A stretch of DNA of 64,000 nt from Candidatus Latescibacterota bacterium (GCA_965197905.1 CBDAOB010000003.1:1136349-1200348); one strand, 5' to 3'. Shown: positions 1-10,461, numbered from the stretch's first letter. Made by a program: numbers and translations. Notes: generated by a model not told the origin, from the letters alone.

Positions 1-242
1 CCCAACGGTCGTAAGGCAAAATAAATCAAACCTTTAAGGTCGATCGATGAAGTCGTGCAACTAGAATTTCAGTTTGGCAGGTCGGGCGATTTGTCCTCCA
101 TGTAAACCGGATTCTTTGGCGGGATCTTAGAATCTTCTTACCGTACCCGATCAGGCGACACAGCGCCAAACTACAAGTCGCATCGAATACCACCAAGCTT
201 GTGGTAGAAAAGGCAGAGTGAACTCCAGGAAGGACTAACCGA

Positions 243-1409
243 ATGCGTATCTACAAAGTCGGCATTCTCGGCTGTCGAGCTCGAGGTTCCAGTGCCGCCC
301 GTGCCTATCACGCTCATCCTCGCACCGAAGTGGTAGGCCTTTGTGACCTGGTGCCGGAGCTTCTTTCTACGCTCGGTGACGAGCTGGGGGTGAGCGCGCG
401 GTTCTCGGACTACCACGAGATGATCCGCGCTACCGAGCCTGACATCGTCGCTATTCCAACGGGAACGGAGTTTCACTACGAGCTCGCCATGGGGGTTCTG
501 GAACATGGTGTGAACATCGACATCGAGAAGCCGATCTGCGTCAATCTCCAACAGGCCGACGAAGTAGTCGCCAAAGCCCGCCAGAAGGGTGTTCGCATCG
601 CGGTGCACCACCAACATCGCCTCAACGCCTGGATGCTGGCGGCACACCAGGCCTACCGCGAGGGCCGCACTGGCGATTTGCTCTACGTCTACACCCGCGA
701 CAAGGGGTATTACGGCGGGTTCGGCGTGATGAACGTTGCCACCCACAAGGTGAACAACATCCAGAAGTTCGCGGGTCCTTGTCGAGCGGTGAACGCATCG
801 GCGACCACCGATGGGCGGCCGCTAACACCACAAGATGTGATCCAGTCGCCGTCAGGGATGGGTGTCATCGCCGGCGAATACATCAACGCTACCCTCGAAT
901 TCGACGACAACGTAACGGCCACTCTGTTGCAGCAGCGTTTGCCGGGAAAGACGACTCTGGCGGCTTCGGTAATCGAGCTTTTCGGCACCGAGGGACGATT
1001 GTTGTGGCGTCAAAAGAATGCCTGGCATCTGCCGACGCCGCATCTGTTGCCCGACGGGGAACACGATTGCTGGGAACCTTTGGAGCCGATATTTCCGGAA
1101 CACTACGACGAATCGTCACCGGCAAGCCAGGATGACTACTGGTTCGTGGAGGAGTACGTGCAGGCGCTGGACGAGGGTCGCGACCATGAGTGCGATGGGG
1201 CAGACGGGCTGAGGGTCATGGAGACCTTGATGGCGATCTTCGAGTCGGCGGCGTACGGCAGGCGCGTGGCCTTGCCGCAAAAGGAGCGCGAGCATCCGCT
1301 CTTGCGCTGGCGCCGGGAGCATGGTCTCGGCGAGCCGGATCCGGTGCCGCGGGAGTACGGCGCGTGGCTGGCGCAGGAAGACGCGCGACTCGGCCGCGAC
1401 GCGTCCTAG
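243..1409 (+). CDS. Gfo/Idh/MocA family NAD(P)-dependent oxidoreductase
   Basis: N-terminal Rossmann KVGILGCRARG, VVGLCD, PDIVAI..TEFHYE, EKP motif; SD-like AGGAAGGA upstream. Confidence 0.9.
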   Translation: MRIYKVGILGCRARGSSAARAYHAHPRTEVVGLCDLVPELLSTLGDELGVSARFSDYHEMIRATEPDIVAIPTGTEFHYELAMGVLEHGVNIDIEKPICVNLQQADEVVAKARQKGVRIAVHHQHRLNAWMLAAHQAYREGRTGDLLYVYTRDKGYYGGFGVMNVATHKVNNIQKFAGPCRAVNASATTDGRPLTPQDVIQSPSGMGVIAGEYINATLEFDDNVTATLLQQRLPGKTTLAASVIELFGTEGRLLWRQKNAWHLPTPHLLPDGEHDCWEPLEPIFPEHYDESSPASQDDYWFVEEYVQALDEGRDHECDGADGLRVMETLMAIFESAAYGRRVALPQKEREHPLLRWRREHGLGEPDPVPREYGAWLAQEDARLGRDAS

Positions 1410-1464
1410 TTGTAGGTCTACGTGATTGATCAACCACGCGACAGAATCTGGAGAAACAGCGTCG

Positions 1465-2532
1465 ATGCCTGAAAACTCATTGGATTGGTACGATGTGACC
1501 GCCTGGGAGCTCGAAGGCAAGGGTTGGACGGACACCGACAGCCACTTCGCCAGATTGCCGGTTCGAGCCAAAGAAACGGTGCGGGACTGGATCTGGATGT
1601 TAGCTCATCACACGGCGGGGCTTATTGTCCGCTTCGAAAGCGACGCGCAGGAGATATGGGTGCGTTATACCCTGCTGCGAAAGCGATTCCCGCCGTCCAA
1701 GGCGCCCGAAACGCTGGCCAAACCGGGCATGCCGGCAACCGGAAAGAGTGGTCTGGATTTCTATGCGCAGGATGATAGCGGCCACTGGTGCTGGTTGGCG
1801 GTGGTCGAACCGACGGACCAGACCATGGAAGTGCGGGCGATCGGTGACCTGGATCCCGGTCGGCGCGGCTACATGGTCTACCTACCGTTGCGCAATGGTG
1901 TCGAGTCACTCGAAATCGGATTCTCAGCCGGTGCCGCGGTGAACTCGATGGCGCCGCGGGCGGAGCAGCCGCTGGTCTTTTACGGCACTTCGATTACCCA
2001 GGGCACCGGGGCCTCCCGTCCGGGCATGGCGTATCCCGCTATCCTGGGGCGCCGCTTCGATCGCCCCGTCATCAACCTGGGTTTCTGCGGCACGGGACAG
2101 ATGGATCTCGAAGTGGGGGCCTTGCTCTGGGAGCTGGATGCAGCGGTCTACATCATCGACTGTCTGCCGAACATGACCGGCGACATGGTGGCGGAGCGGG
2201 CAGAGCCTTTGGTGCGCCAGTTGCGCCAGGCGCGACCGGAGGTCCCCATCGTGCTGGTCGAAGAGCGCCATTACGACAACGAGCGATTCGTCGCTGCCTA
2301 TCGAGCCCGGCATACCGCCAACAACAACGCCCTGCGGTCGGCGTACGAGGGGTTGATCGAGGCAGGGGTGCAAGGGCTCTATTACGTAGAGGGCGACCAC
2401 CTTTGGGGCGACGACGGGGAGGCCACCTCCTACGGCGGGCATCCGTCCGATTTGGGCATGATGCGCACCGCCGATGCGCTCGAGCCGGTGTTGCGCCCGC
2501 TGGTGAGTCGCGTGTTGAGCACATCAACCTGA
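1465..2532 (+). CDS. SGNH/GDSL-type hydrolase with GxDLY-like N-terminal domain (esterase)
   Basis: SGLDFYA (GxDLY-like), FYGTSITQG, NLGFCGTG, DCLPN, GHPSDLG; ATG at 1465 follows GGAG (ORF track starts at 1426). Confidence 0.85.
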   Translation: MPENSLDWYDVTAWELEGKGWTDTDSHFARLPVRAKETVRDWIWMLAHHTAGLIVRFESDAQEIWVRYTLLRKRFPPSKAPETLAKPGMPATGKSGLDFYAQDDSGHWCWLAVVEPTDQTMEVRAIGDLDPGRRGYMVYLPLRNGVESLEIGFSAGAAVNSMAPRAEQPLVFYGTSITQGTGASRPGMAYPAILGRRFDRPVINLGFCGTGQMDLEVGALLWELDAAVYIIDCLPNMTGDMVAERAEPLVRQLRQARPEVPIVLVEERHYDNERFVAAYRARHTANNNALRSAYEGLIEAGVQGLYYVEGDHLWGDDGEATSYGGHPSDLGMMRTADALEPVLRPLVSRVLSTST

Positions 2533-2547
2533 CAAGGTGGAATTCCC

Positions 2548-3705
2548 ATGCAGGTGAACAACAAACCCTTCTTCCTGATTGGCGCCCGCCACATGCCCGA
2601 CGGGGGGACGCCGGCATTGTTGGCGCAGGCAGGGTTCAACGCCTATCGCCATTTGCCCTGGGGGACGGAGACCAGCGAACCGGAACCGCCGCCGGCGCGG
2701 GACGAGGGCATCCTCTATTGGTCCTACCTTTGGAATCGGACCGCTTTCGAGCTTTCGCCCCACTTCCAAACAGAGCTCACCGAGTATGTTCGACGGGTGA
2801 AGGCCGATCCGGCCCTGTTGTGTTATGAAAACCTGAACGAACCGATCATGCCCGGGCAGCAGAAGGCGACGCCCGAACAGCTGGGCGTCGGGGTGGACCT
2901 CTTGCGGCAGCTGGACCCCGATCACCCCATATGGCTGGCGCACAGCTGCCACAACATGGTGGAGACTTTGGCCACCTACAATCGCTGCGCCGACATCCTG
3001 GGGGCCAATCCGTATCCGGTGGTGCCGACGGGCATGCGTCCGCACCACGTGGCAGCCCGTACCGATGGCCGCATGCTCGACTGTCCGGACCAGACACTCC
3101 ACGGTGCCGGCAAGTACACCCGGAAGATGCTGCAGGTTGGGGGCGGGCGCCTACCGGTCTGGATGTTCGTTCAGGGAATGGCGAACGAGCGCTGGTTCAA
3201 TCCCACGGAGCTGCCGGAGCTGGCCGATCAATCCATCGACGAGTCCAAGATCCTTTATCCCACCTACGAGGAGCTGCGTTTCATGGTCTTCGACGAGATC
3301 ATCTGTGGCGCTACCGGTCTGGCATTTTCCATGTACGGAACTCCGATCCGAAGCCAGATGTGGCGTGACATCGAACGCGTAGTCAGCGAGCTCAACGGCT
3401 TGCACGACGCCCTGGCGGCTCCGCGGGCGTCCGGAAACGTCGACCTGGCCTACACCGACCTGGGGCACACCATATGGGACGGAGTGGGAACGATGGCGAG
3501 GCTCCTAGGCGATGATATCTATCTCTTCGCCGCCAACACCGCCTTCGATCCGGCGCGGGTTTCAATTGGAATCGAAGGGGTCGAAGCCACGGGGGCGGCC
3601 GTTGTCGAGGGAGAGGACCGAGAGCTGCCGGTGACCGGCGGCAGGATCGAGGACGACTTCGAGCCGTACGGTGTCCACGTCTACCGGTTCAAGGGCGAGT
3701 GGTAA
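2548..3705 (+). CDS. Hypothetical glycoside-hydrolase-like TIM-barrel protein
   Basis: MQVNNKPFFLIG start, YENLNEP (clan GH-A-like NEP), DPDHPIW, DILGANPYPV, C-terminal beta-sandwich ending FEPYGVHVYRF. Confidence 0.6.
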   Translation: MQVNNKPFFLIGARHMPDGGTPALLAQAGFNAYRHLPWGTETSEPEPPPARDEGILYWSYLWNRTAFELSPHFQTELTEYVRRVKADPALLCYENLNEPIMPGQQKATPEQLGVGVDLLRQLDPDHPIWLAHSCHNMVETLATYNRCADILGANPYPVVPTGMRPHHVAARTDGRMLDCPDQTLHGAGKYTRKMLQVGGGRLPVWMFVQGMANERWFNPTELPELADQSIDESKILYPTYEELRFMVFDEIICGATGLAFSMYGTPIRSQMWRDIERVVSELNGLHDALAAPRASGNVDLAYTDLGHTIWDGVGTMARLLGDDIYLFAANTAFDPARVSIGIEGVEATGAAVVEGEDRELPVTGGRIEDDFEPYGVHVYRFKGEW

Positions 3706-3843
3706 ACCCCGGGAAGGACCGGCACTTGCGGCACACGACCAGATATCCAGGACGAAGACCATGCCGCCTGAATCACCACCTGAAACGGGTAAAGTAGCGT
3801 TTCCCGCGTCAATTCCACCCTCCGAGTTCCTTCCCATTCTTTC

Positions 3844-3872
3844 TTGACACAGTTTTCTCGTCCAGTTACCGT
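3844..3872 (+). promoter_or_regulatory. Sigma70-type promoter of the mutasome cassette
   Basis: TTGACA (3844-3849), 17-nt spacer, TACCGT (3867-3872), 42 nt before the ATG at 3915. Confidence 0.55.
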
Positions 3873-3914
3873 TCTATCTCGGTATAGTGCACATTTGAGC
3901 AGTATATTTAAGAG

Positions 3915-5063
3915 ATGTCGACCTGGATTGTCTGTTTTCACATCCCGGATCTAGCAGTTCGGACATTGACCGAAAATCCCCAGGAAAAGGTGGTGGTCTC
4001 CTGGGCAGGTCAGGTCTGGTCCTGGAGCGAGACCGTGGAGAAAAGCCGGCTCCGCACCGGTGATTCCCTGCAGCGGGCTCGGGCACTCTGTCCCGACGCG
4101 CTGCTACTGGAACGGGATCTGCATCGCGAGGTCATGATGCGGGAGCGTCTGCTTAATCAACTCTACTCGGCCTCCCCCCGAGTGATGATGCTCCATGAGA
4201 CCTCTCTCCACGGGGCATGGGGGTTGTTGCAGAATCCGCTGGGGGATCGGCTACGGCACCTGACAACGGAATTGCGGGCAAAGGTAGGTGTCGCCCAGCA
4301 TCGATCTTATGCCATGTTGGCCGCGGCCAAAGCGGCCTTCGGTGAGCTTGTAGTAATAAAGCCGGCCGACCTGATGCCGTTTTTGCGGGAAACCTCGGTA
4401 GCGGTGTTGATCCCCTTGGGATACCCCAAGGTGGTTGATGCTCTGTCGCTGTTCGGCCTGCGCTCCCTGCAGCAGGTGTATCAATTGACCCGACGCCATC
4501 TGGAAGCCCAGTTCGAAGAGCAGGGCAGGTCACTCTACGCCTTGCTACATCCCAACGATGAACCTCCCATCCCCGTGTACGAACCGGGTGTAATCCAGAC
4601 CGGGTTCGAGTTAGACGCATCCATTCTCGAAACCCTGGATCTCGCTCCTCAGCTCACTTACCTGGTGGATCAAGCAATCGATCAATTAAAGGGCAAGTGT
4701 GCTCAGTATCTGGAGCTGCAGTTGCAGACGGAAAAGGGCAAGGTGGAAGCCTGCCGGCTGTTGAAAGAGCCCGTATCCGACCAACGCAGCCTCATCCATG
4801 CGGCTCGGTATCTGCTCTCCAATCTATTGCCAAAGGCAGGTGAGGTTTGCGGTCTGGGAGTTTCTCTTGGCGGCCTGGTCGACACCCCGTTCAGGCAGGA
4901 GTCTTTGTTCCCTCAGCGAAAACCGGTTCTGAGCGCTTTGAGAGCGGTAGAACGGCGATTTCCCTCCAAGCTGCTGCGGGGTATCGTGGCGGATCCACAA
5001 CCTATTTTCCACGAAGAGCAAACCAGATTCGAACCCATTTTCCCGGGGAAACCAGCCACCTGA
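3915..5063 (+). CDS. ImuB/ImuY-like Y-family DNA polymerase homologue (probably catalytically inactive)
   Basis: LQRARALCP, KVGVAQHRSYAMLAA, LSLFGLRSL..L.AQF, C-terminal RQESLF beta-clamp motif; no catalytic acidic motifs; upstream of dnaE2. Confidence 0.75.
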   Translation: MSTWIVCFHIPDLAVRTLTENPQEKVVVSWAGQVWSWSETVEKSRLRTGDSLQRARALCPDALLLERDLHREVMMRERLLNQLYSASPRVMMLHETSLHGAWGLLQNPLGDRLRHLTTELRAKVGVAQHRSYAMLAAAKAAFGELVVIKPADLMPFLRETSVAVLIPLGYPKVVDALSLFGLRSLQQVYQLTRRHLEAQFEEQGRSLYALLHPNDEPPIPVYEPGVIQTGFELDASILETLDLAPQLTYLVDQAIDQLKGKCAQYLELQLQTEKGKVEACRLLKEPVSDQRSLIHAARYLLSNLLPKAGEVCGLGVSLGGLVDTPFRQESLFPQRKPVLSALRAVERRFPSKLLRGIVADPQPIFHEEQTRFEPIFPGKPAT

Positions 5064-5305
5064 AGCTCTACGACGAACAGATAGAGGTTGTATCGGGCAG
5101 CGATTCAAAACCGATACGGCTGAGCTGGCGCAAACGATGGTATGAGGTAGCTGCCATCCAGGATGAGTGGAAGGTGCGCGGAAGGCATTGGTACCAAGAA
5201 GAGAGTCGTCGGTATTTCCAGATCCAAACCGCTGACAACCGGATCATGACTGTATGTCAAAAGGAAACGAAGGATGACTGGCTCCTGGTGAGAGTGGTCG
5301 ATTGA
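5060..5305 (+). CDS. Small DUF6504-like protein of the mutasome cassette
   Basis: KLYDEQIEV...PIRLSWRKRWYEVAAIQDEWKVRGRHW...RRYFQI...WLLVRVVD; probable CTG start overlapping the upstream TGA (CTGA). Confidence 0.65.
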   Translation: MKLYDEQIEVVSGSDSKPIRLSWRKRWYEVAAIQDEWKVRGRHWYQEESRRYFQIQTADNRIMTVCQKETKDDWLLVRVVD

Positions 5306-8300
5306 ACTTCGCTCATCTGCACGTACGCTCCTGGTTCTCGTTTTTAGGTGGGGGATCGCCCCCTGAAAAACTGGTCCAGCGTGCTGCGCAACTTGGGTTT
5401 AAAGCCCTTGCTCTTACCGACCGGAACGGAGTCTACGGTGCGGTCCGGTTTCAACAGGCCTGCAGAGATGCCGGCGTTCACGGGGTCATCGGCGCCGAGG
5501 TTACGGTAGAGGACACGGCCCTGGTGCTTCTCTGCATGAGCCGGAAAGGGTATGCCAACCTCAATCGCCTGCTGACCACCGCCCACCTGGCTGATAGGGA
5601 CAGCCCTTCCGCAACCCTGGAGTCGGTGAAGAAGTACCATGAGGAGCTGTACTGTCTTACCAATGGGAGGGATGGAAGACTGTGGGAGCTGGTCTCGCGG
5701 CGCAAAACACGGGAAGCAGATCTGTGGTTGCAGCAGTGGCACTCCATTTTTCGCGAGCGCCTGTACGTGGAGCTGTGTCACGGTCAGCACCAGGGAGACA
5801 GTTTCGTGGTGCAGCGAATCTATCGCCTGGCCAACCGACACGGCATTGCCACTGTCGCTACCAACGACGTGCGTTTTTGCCGCCCGGACGATTACCGGGT
5901 CTACGATCTGTTCACCTGTATTCGGCACAACATCCGCATCTCCGATCCCCATCCTGATCGACCCCACAATGCGGAACAGTATCTGAAAAGCGAGGCTGAG
6001 CTGCGCCGATGGATCCCTTTCCCCGAGGCGTTCGCCAGTGCCGCCGAGATTGCAGCCAACTGTAGCGTCGATCTCCTTCCGGAAGAGATCACCCCGCCCG
6101 CTGCCCATCTCCCAGATGGGATCAGTGGCAAAAAATATCTCACCTCCCTCTGCCGCGAGGCGCTTCCGGTAAAATACCTGGAGCGCAAAAATGAGGCGAT
6201 CGCGCAACTGGAAAAAGAGCTGCAGGTCATCGCCGATCTCGACCTCCAAGAGTTTTTCCTGGTGGTACGCGAGGTGGTTGCGGAAGCAAGGCGCCGGGGA
6301 ATTCGCTGCGCCGGCCGCGGTTCGGCGGCCAACAGCATCGTCGCCTATCTATTGGATATCACCGCAGTGGATCCGATCGAACACAATCTCCTGTTCGAAC
6401 GTTTCCTGCACGGCGGCCGCAAGGGTACCCCCGACATCGACATCGACTTCGACTCCGATCGCCGTGACGAGGTGATCGAGTGGATGGAAGAGCGGTTCGG
6501 GCTGTCGCAAACCGCCATGACCGCAACCTTGGTGACTTACCGCGCCCGTTCCGCTTTGCGGGACGTGGCCAAAACCCTCGGCTGGCCTCTCGCGCTAATA
6601 AACGAGCTTACCAAGCTGGTACCGGGCTTTGGCATAGGAGTCATTCCCGAGTTTACCGAGCAGATCACCGCCCTTTTGGGGGAATCGCCCCTGGTTCATT
6701 ACCTGCTGCATACAGTGCGACAGCTGGAAGGGTGCCCGCGTCATCTCGGGTTGCATTCGGGGGGGATGGTGCTCTCGAGAAAGTGTCTGACCTACTTCAG
6801 CCCAACCCAGGTGAGTGCCAACGGGGTGAAGGTGCTGCAGTTCGACAAGTACGACATCGAAGCGCTGGGGCTGGTCAAACTCGATGTGCTCGGTCTGCGT
6901 ATGCTGGCCACCCTCAGTGAGGCCGAAGAGCTGGTGCGGCGTCACGAAGATCCGCAATTCGACATCGATACGCTGCAGTTGGACGATCCACGGGTATACG
7001 AGCTTATGTGCTCAGGCCGCACCATCGGTCTGTTCCAGATCGAATCCCAGGGCCAGATGCACATGTTGGCGGTCAATCAACCCAGCTGTTTCGACGATGT
7101 GATCGTGGAGGTGGCGATCTTTCGTCCCGGTCCCCTGCAGTCGGGTATGGTCCATCCTTACATCCGGCGGCGCCAGGGGAAGGAGGAAGTGGTGTACGAC
7201 CATCCCATCCTGGAGGAGATCCTCGAAGACACCTACGGCATCATCCTGTTCCAGGAGCAGGTGCTGGAGATAGCGCACCGCTTTGCCCACATGAGTCTCG
7301 AAGAGGCGGACGATTTCCGCGCTTTAATGTCCAAGTTCAGAGACCCGGGAGAGATGGAACGGATGCGGGGCAAATTCGTTGCGGGAGCTATGGGGCGAGG
7401 GGTACCCGAAGAGATTGCTCAAAAGGTGTTTGATCAGGTTTCCCACTTCGTCGGTTACGGATTTTGCCGTTCCCACGCGGCGGCCTTCGCGCGTACGGTG
7501 TATCACTCCGCCTATCTGAAACGATACAACCCGGCTTGTTACATGGCTGCCGTTATGGAGCATCGTCCCGGATTTTACGATCAGGGTACGCTGGAAGAGG
7601 AAGCGAAACGCTTCGGTGTCGACATTCTGCCGCCCGACATCAACTGCTCCCAAATCCGTTTTGATGTGGAGCCGGTAAAGAAGGGGGCTCTGGCGATTCG
7701 CAAACCTTTGACCTCCGTGCGCAACGTATCCGAAGAGGATGCAACGCGTATCGTCTGGGGTCGCCTGGCAGGAGCGTACAAAAGCGTCGAGGATCTGATC
7801 ACCAGAGTTGCCCTCGATCGCGACGTGCTCGAACCTCTCGCCCTTGCCGGCGCTCTGGACAAGCTTGCCACTTCCAGCCGCGATGCTTTATGGCAGATTG
7901 GAGTACTGATGAATCGCATCGACTTGATCCGCGATCACGCTCCAGCCCACTCGCTGTTTACCTTGCCGGTGATCTCCTCGATTGATATTCCAACGCTCCC
8001 CGATCTGACTCAGGTCGAACGAATGACCTGGGATCACCACGCCCATGAAGCAAGCCGGGTACACCCCATGTCGTTGATTCGTCGTACCCTGAAGAGGCTT
8101 GGAGTGATGCCGGTCAGCGGCTGCTTCCGTATCGTTCCCTTAGAGCAAGAAGGCAAAGCAGCGGAGCCGATGGTGACCATCGCCGGCCGCGTCATCCTGC
8201 GCCAGCGTCCCGCCACCGCCAAGGGAGTTATGTTTATAACCCTTGAGGACGAAACCGGGTATATCCAGGGGGTGGCGTTTCAACAGATCCAAGAGCAGTT

Positions 8301-8496
8301 CGGTGAGGTGCTGAGACAACCGGAGCTGATCGTCAGAGGTCGTCTGCAAGCCAGCGGGGGATGGAGGGGGCTGGTCATGCAGGAAGCCTGGCCCATCGAA
8401 GGAATGTTTGGCGGTTATTCCGGTTTTGCCTCGCAGAGTGGGGGAAGAGACCAGGTGGATGAAGCTCCGATCTCGGCACAACGACAGATGCGGTAG
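5302..8496 (+). CDS. dnaE2: Error-prone DNA polymerase III alpha subunit (DnaE2/ImuC)
   Basis: PHP domain HLHVRSWFSF/ALTDRN, GRGSAANS, TPDIDIDFD, YGFCRSHAAAFA, OB fold RQRPATAKGVMFITLEDETG; 1064 aa. Confidence 0.93.
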   Translation: MNFAHLHVRSWFSFLGGGSPPEKLVQRAAQLGFKALALTDRNGVYGAVRFQQACRDAGVHGVIGAEVTVEDTALVLLCMSRKGYANLNRLLTTAHLADRDSPSATLESVKKYHEELYCLTNGRDGRLWELVSRRKTREADLWLQQWHSIFRERLYVELCHGQHQGDSFVVQRIYRLANRHGIATVATNDVRFCRPDDYRVYDLFTCIRHNIRISDPHPDRPHNAEQYLKSEAELRRWIPFPEAFASAAEIAANCSVDLLPEEITPPAAHLPDGISGKKYLTSLCREALPVKYLERKNEAIAQLEKELQVIADLDLQEFFLVVREVVAEARRRGIRCAGRGSAANSIVAYLLDITAVDPIEHNLLFERFLHGGRKGTPDIDIDFDSDRRDEVIEWMEERFGLSQTAMTATLVTYRARSALRDVAKTLGWPLALINELTKLVPGFGIGVIPEFTEQITALLGESPLVHYLLHTVRQLEGCPRHLGLHSGGMVLSRKCLTYFSPTQVSANGVKVLQFDKYDIEALGLVKLDVLGLRMLATLSEAEELVRRHEDPQFDIDTLQLDDPRVYELMCSGRTIGLFQIESQGQMHMLAVNQPSCFDDVIVEVAIFRPGPLQSGMVHPYIRRRQGKEEVVYDHPILEEILEDTYGIILFQEQVLEIAHRFAHMSLEEADDFRALMSKFRDPGEMERMRGKFVAGAMGRGVPEEIAQKVFDQVSHFVGYGFCRSHAAAFARTVYHSAYLKRYNPACYMAAVMEHRPGFYDQGTLEEEAKRFGVDILPPDINCSQIRFDVEPVKKGALAIRKPLTSVRNVSEEDATRIVWGRLAGAYKSVEDLITRVALDRDVLEPLALAGALDKLATSSRDALWQIGVLMNRIDLIRDHAPAHSLFTLPVISSIDIPTLPDLTQVERMTWDHHAHEASRVHPMSLIRRTLKRLGVMPVSGCFRIVPLEQEGKAAEPMVTIAGRVILRQRPATAKGVMFITLEDETGYIQGVAFQQIQEQFGEVLRQPELIVRGRLQASGGWRGLVMQEAWPIEGMFGGYSGFASQSGGRDQVDEAPISAQRQMR

Positions 8497-8528
8497 TGTG
8501 GGATCATGCGCCTGTCCGAGTGTGCTAC

Positions 8529-9194
8529 CTACCCGTGCCGCTCCTCTTTCCAAGGGTCCCCCCGCCGATGATATCCGCGCTGTTCCCAATAGCCCGGCTG
8601 GTCGACCGGGCTGAAGATCAGCTTGCGCAGAAACTTCGCCGACTTCCAGGCATACAGCTTGGGAACGATGAGGCGCATGGGTCCGCCATGCTCGCGGGAA
8701 AGGGGTTCCCCAAAAAGCTCATCTGCAAGGATCACGTCCTCATCTAGGCAGTCCGCGAGTGGCAGATTGGTGGTGTAATAGTCCGCTCCTTCCGCAATTA
8801 CGAATCGGGCGGTCGACTTGGGCCGAGCCATGGCGGCGAGATCGACGAACCTGACACCGTTCCACTTCACGTCGAATTTTGACCAGGTAGTAACGCAATG
8901 AAAATCGGAAACCTGCTCGCAGCGGGGTAGCTGACGGAACTGCTCCCAGTCCAACTCCAGCGTCTCTTCCACTTCCCCTTCAACCTTCAAACGCCACCGA
9001 GGTTCGTAGAATTTGGGCCGCACGCCCAGATCCAGGACCGGAAACCCGGTCGTCACGTGCTGACCGGGCGGCAGTCGTTCCACGTCCGGATCGGCCTGAC
9101 GGGGAGCCTGCTTCTTGAACCGCTCCAGCAGTTTCCTCTTGGCCTCGATCATTTTCTGGTTGTATTCCACGTTCCGAATTTTTCGATGATGCAA
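8529..9194 (-). CDS. Sulfite-oxidase-like molybdopterin-dependent oxidoreductase
   Basis: RLPPGQH..FPVL, DFHCVTTWS, EHGGPMRLIVPKLYAWKSAK, GYWEQRGYH; true start may be a few codons downstream. Confidence 0.88.
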   Translation of the reverse strand: MHHRKIRNVEYNQKMIEAKRKLLERFKKQAPRQADPDVERLPPGQHVTTGFPVLDLGVRPKFYEPRWRLKVEGEVEETLELDWEQFRQLPRCEQVSDFHCVTTWSKFDVKWNGVRFVDLAAMARPKSTARFVIAEGADYYTTNLPLADCLDEDVILADELFGEPLSREHGGPMRLIVPKLYAWKSAKFLRKLIFSPVDQPGYWEQRGYHRRGDPWKEERHG

Positions 9195-9196
9195 CA

Positions 9197-9229
9197 GAAA
9201 ACCCCCGTCATCGCGGCGACGGGGGTTTC
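9197..9229 (-). terminator. Rho-independent terminator after the DUF5343-like gene
   Basis: AAACCCCCGTC / GACGGGGGTTT stem; on the minus strand it runs into TTTTCTGTT. Confidence 0.75.
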
Positions 9230-9253
9230 AGTTTTGTCGTAAGCGCGTGTCTT

Positions 9254-10036
9254 TCAGGCGCGCCGAATTCGATCCAGGAGCCGTTCCAAGCGGTCGAACG
9301 CCACGCGCATCATCTCTTCGTCCCAGTCGCCGTCCACGTTGATGCTGACGATTTTCTGCACCGCTTCCAAATACGCCTTCTGCGACTCCGTCAACACGCG
9401 AGCGAATGACGCGCGATCTTGCCCCCTGTCCGCGGAGCGATCGTTTCCTCCAGAGCGCTCGTTTCCTCCGGACCGCTCAGGTTGCGGCTGGCCCCGCCCC
9501 TCCCCGCGGCTCGGCTCCGAGCTTGCTCTCGCCGGTTCGGGCGGTGGCGAATCGGCGGTTTCTGCATCGCCGCCCCCGTTCTGCGAGCCATAGTTGGACT
9601 CAGTGATCAAGTATTTGAAAAACATCTTCATCTTGTTGGCGGAATCTCGACCCACCCCAGTGCGTTCGGTGAAAAAGGAGACGATGTTGTTGTCGGAAAC
9701 CTTGCCGTTTCCTTCGTTCCACTGTTCCAGCAATTCGGGATACAGATCCTGGAGAACCTCGATCAGCGCCTGTTTTCGCGACTCCTGATCCACCAGGCGC
9801 TGCAAAAGATCGGTGGGCTGCTGGTCGCGGTCGATCAGATTCATCGCTTCGATGCCCCGTAAAAAACGGTGGATCATGGAGGGGGTGCGAATGATAGCCT
9901 GCATATAGTCGCGATCGATCTGCTCGGGAATATTGCGCTCCAGTCGCGACAGGAACTTGTCGAACTGGACCTTGGTCACGTAGGGATACCAGGTTCGGCT
10001 CGCTTTATCCTGGCCTTCGCCGCTGTCTTCAGTCAT
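9254..10036 (-). CDS. DUF5343-like (winged-helix-type) protein with low-complexity linker
   Basis: YPYVT..FDKFL...IPEQIDRDYM...MNLIDRDQQPT N-terminus resembles DUF5343; ERSGGN repeats in the linker. Confidence 0.55.
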   Translation of the reverse strand: MTEDSGEGQDKASRTWYPYVTKVQFDKFLSRLERNIPEQIDRDYMQAIIRTPSMIHRFLRGIEAMNLIDRDQQPTDLLQRLVDQESRKQALIEVLQDLYPELLEQWNEGNGKVSDNNIVSFFTERTGVGRDSANKMKMFFKYLITESNYGSQNGGGDAETADSPPPEPARASSEPSRGEGRGQPQPERSGGNERSGGNDRSADRGQDRASFARVLTESQKAYLEAVQKIVSINVDGDWDEEMMRVAFDRLERLLDRIRRA

Positions 10037-10107
10037 TTTCGTTTCTCCGCATTTGTGCTCGACACGCCCTCCCTTGTCGCAGACGTTCTGCGCTCAATCT
10101 ACCTTCG

Positions 10108-10461
10108 TTAGCCCGGGTGTCTCGCTGTTACAATCGTCTTGATGCCGCCGCGCACGTTGAATTCGCCGACGACAGTCATATTGTGCGGTGCGCAAGCGGC
10201 CACGAGATCGTCCAGGATCTTGTTGGTGACCGCTTCGTAGAATATCCCTTCCTGGCGGTACGACCAGAGATACAGCTTCAGTGATTTGAGCTCGATACAG
10301 CTGCGGTCAGGGATGTAACTGATGCGTATGATGCCGAAATCCGGCTGTCCGGTATTGGGGCAGACCGAAGTGAATTCCGGGCACTCTGCATCGATGGAAT
10401 ACTCCCGATTGGGATTGGGATTGGGGAAGGTCTCAAGGATACCGGCAGCGGCCGAACTCAT
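10108..10461 (-). CDS. queF: NADPH-dependent 7-cyano-7-deazaguanine (preQ0) reductase, type 1
   Basis: LETFPNP, PEFTSVCPNTGQPDFG, ELKSLKLY, FNVRGGI. Confidence 0.95.
   Translation of the reverse strand: MSSAAAGILETFPNPNPNREYSIDAECPEFTSVCPNTGQPDFGIIRISYIPDRSCIELKSLKLYLWSYRQEGIFYEAVTNKILDDLVAACAPHNMTVVGEFNVRGGIKTIVTARHPG

Noticed and set aside
9434..9478. 18-bp tandem repeat
   Set aside because: About 2.5 copies encoding the ERSGGN low-complexity linker; no sign of a separate function.
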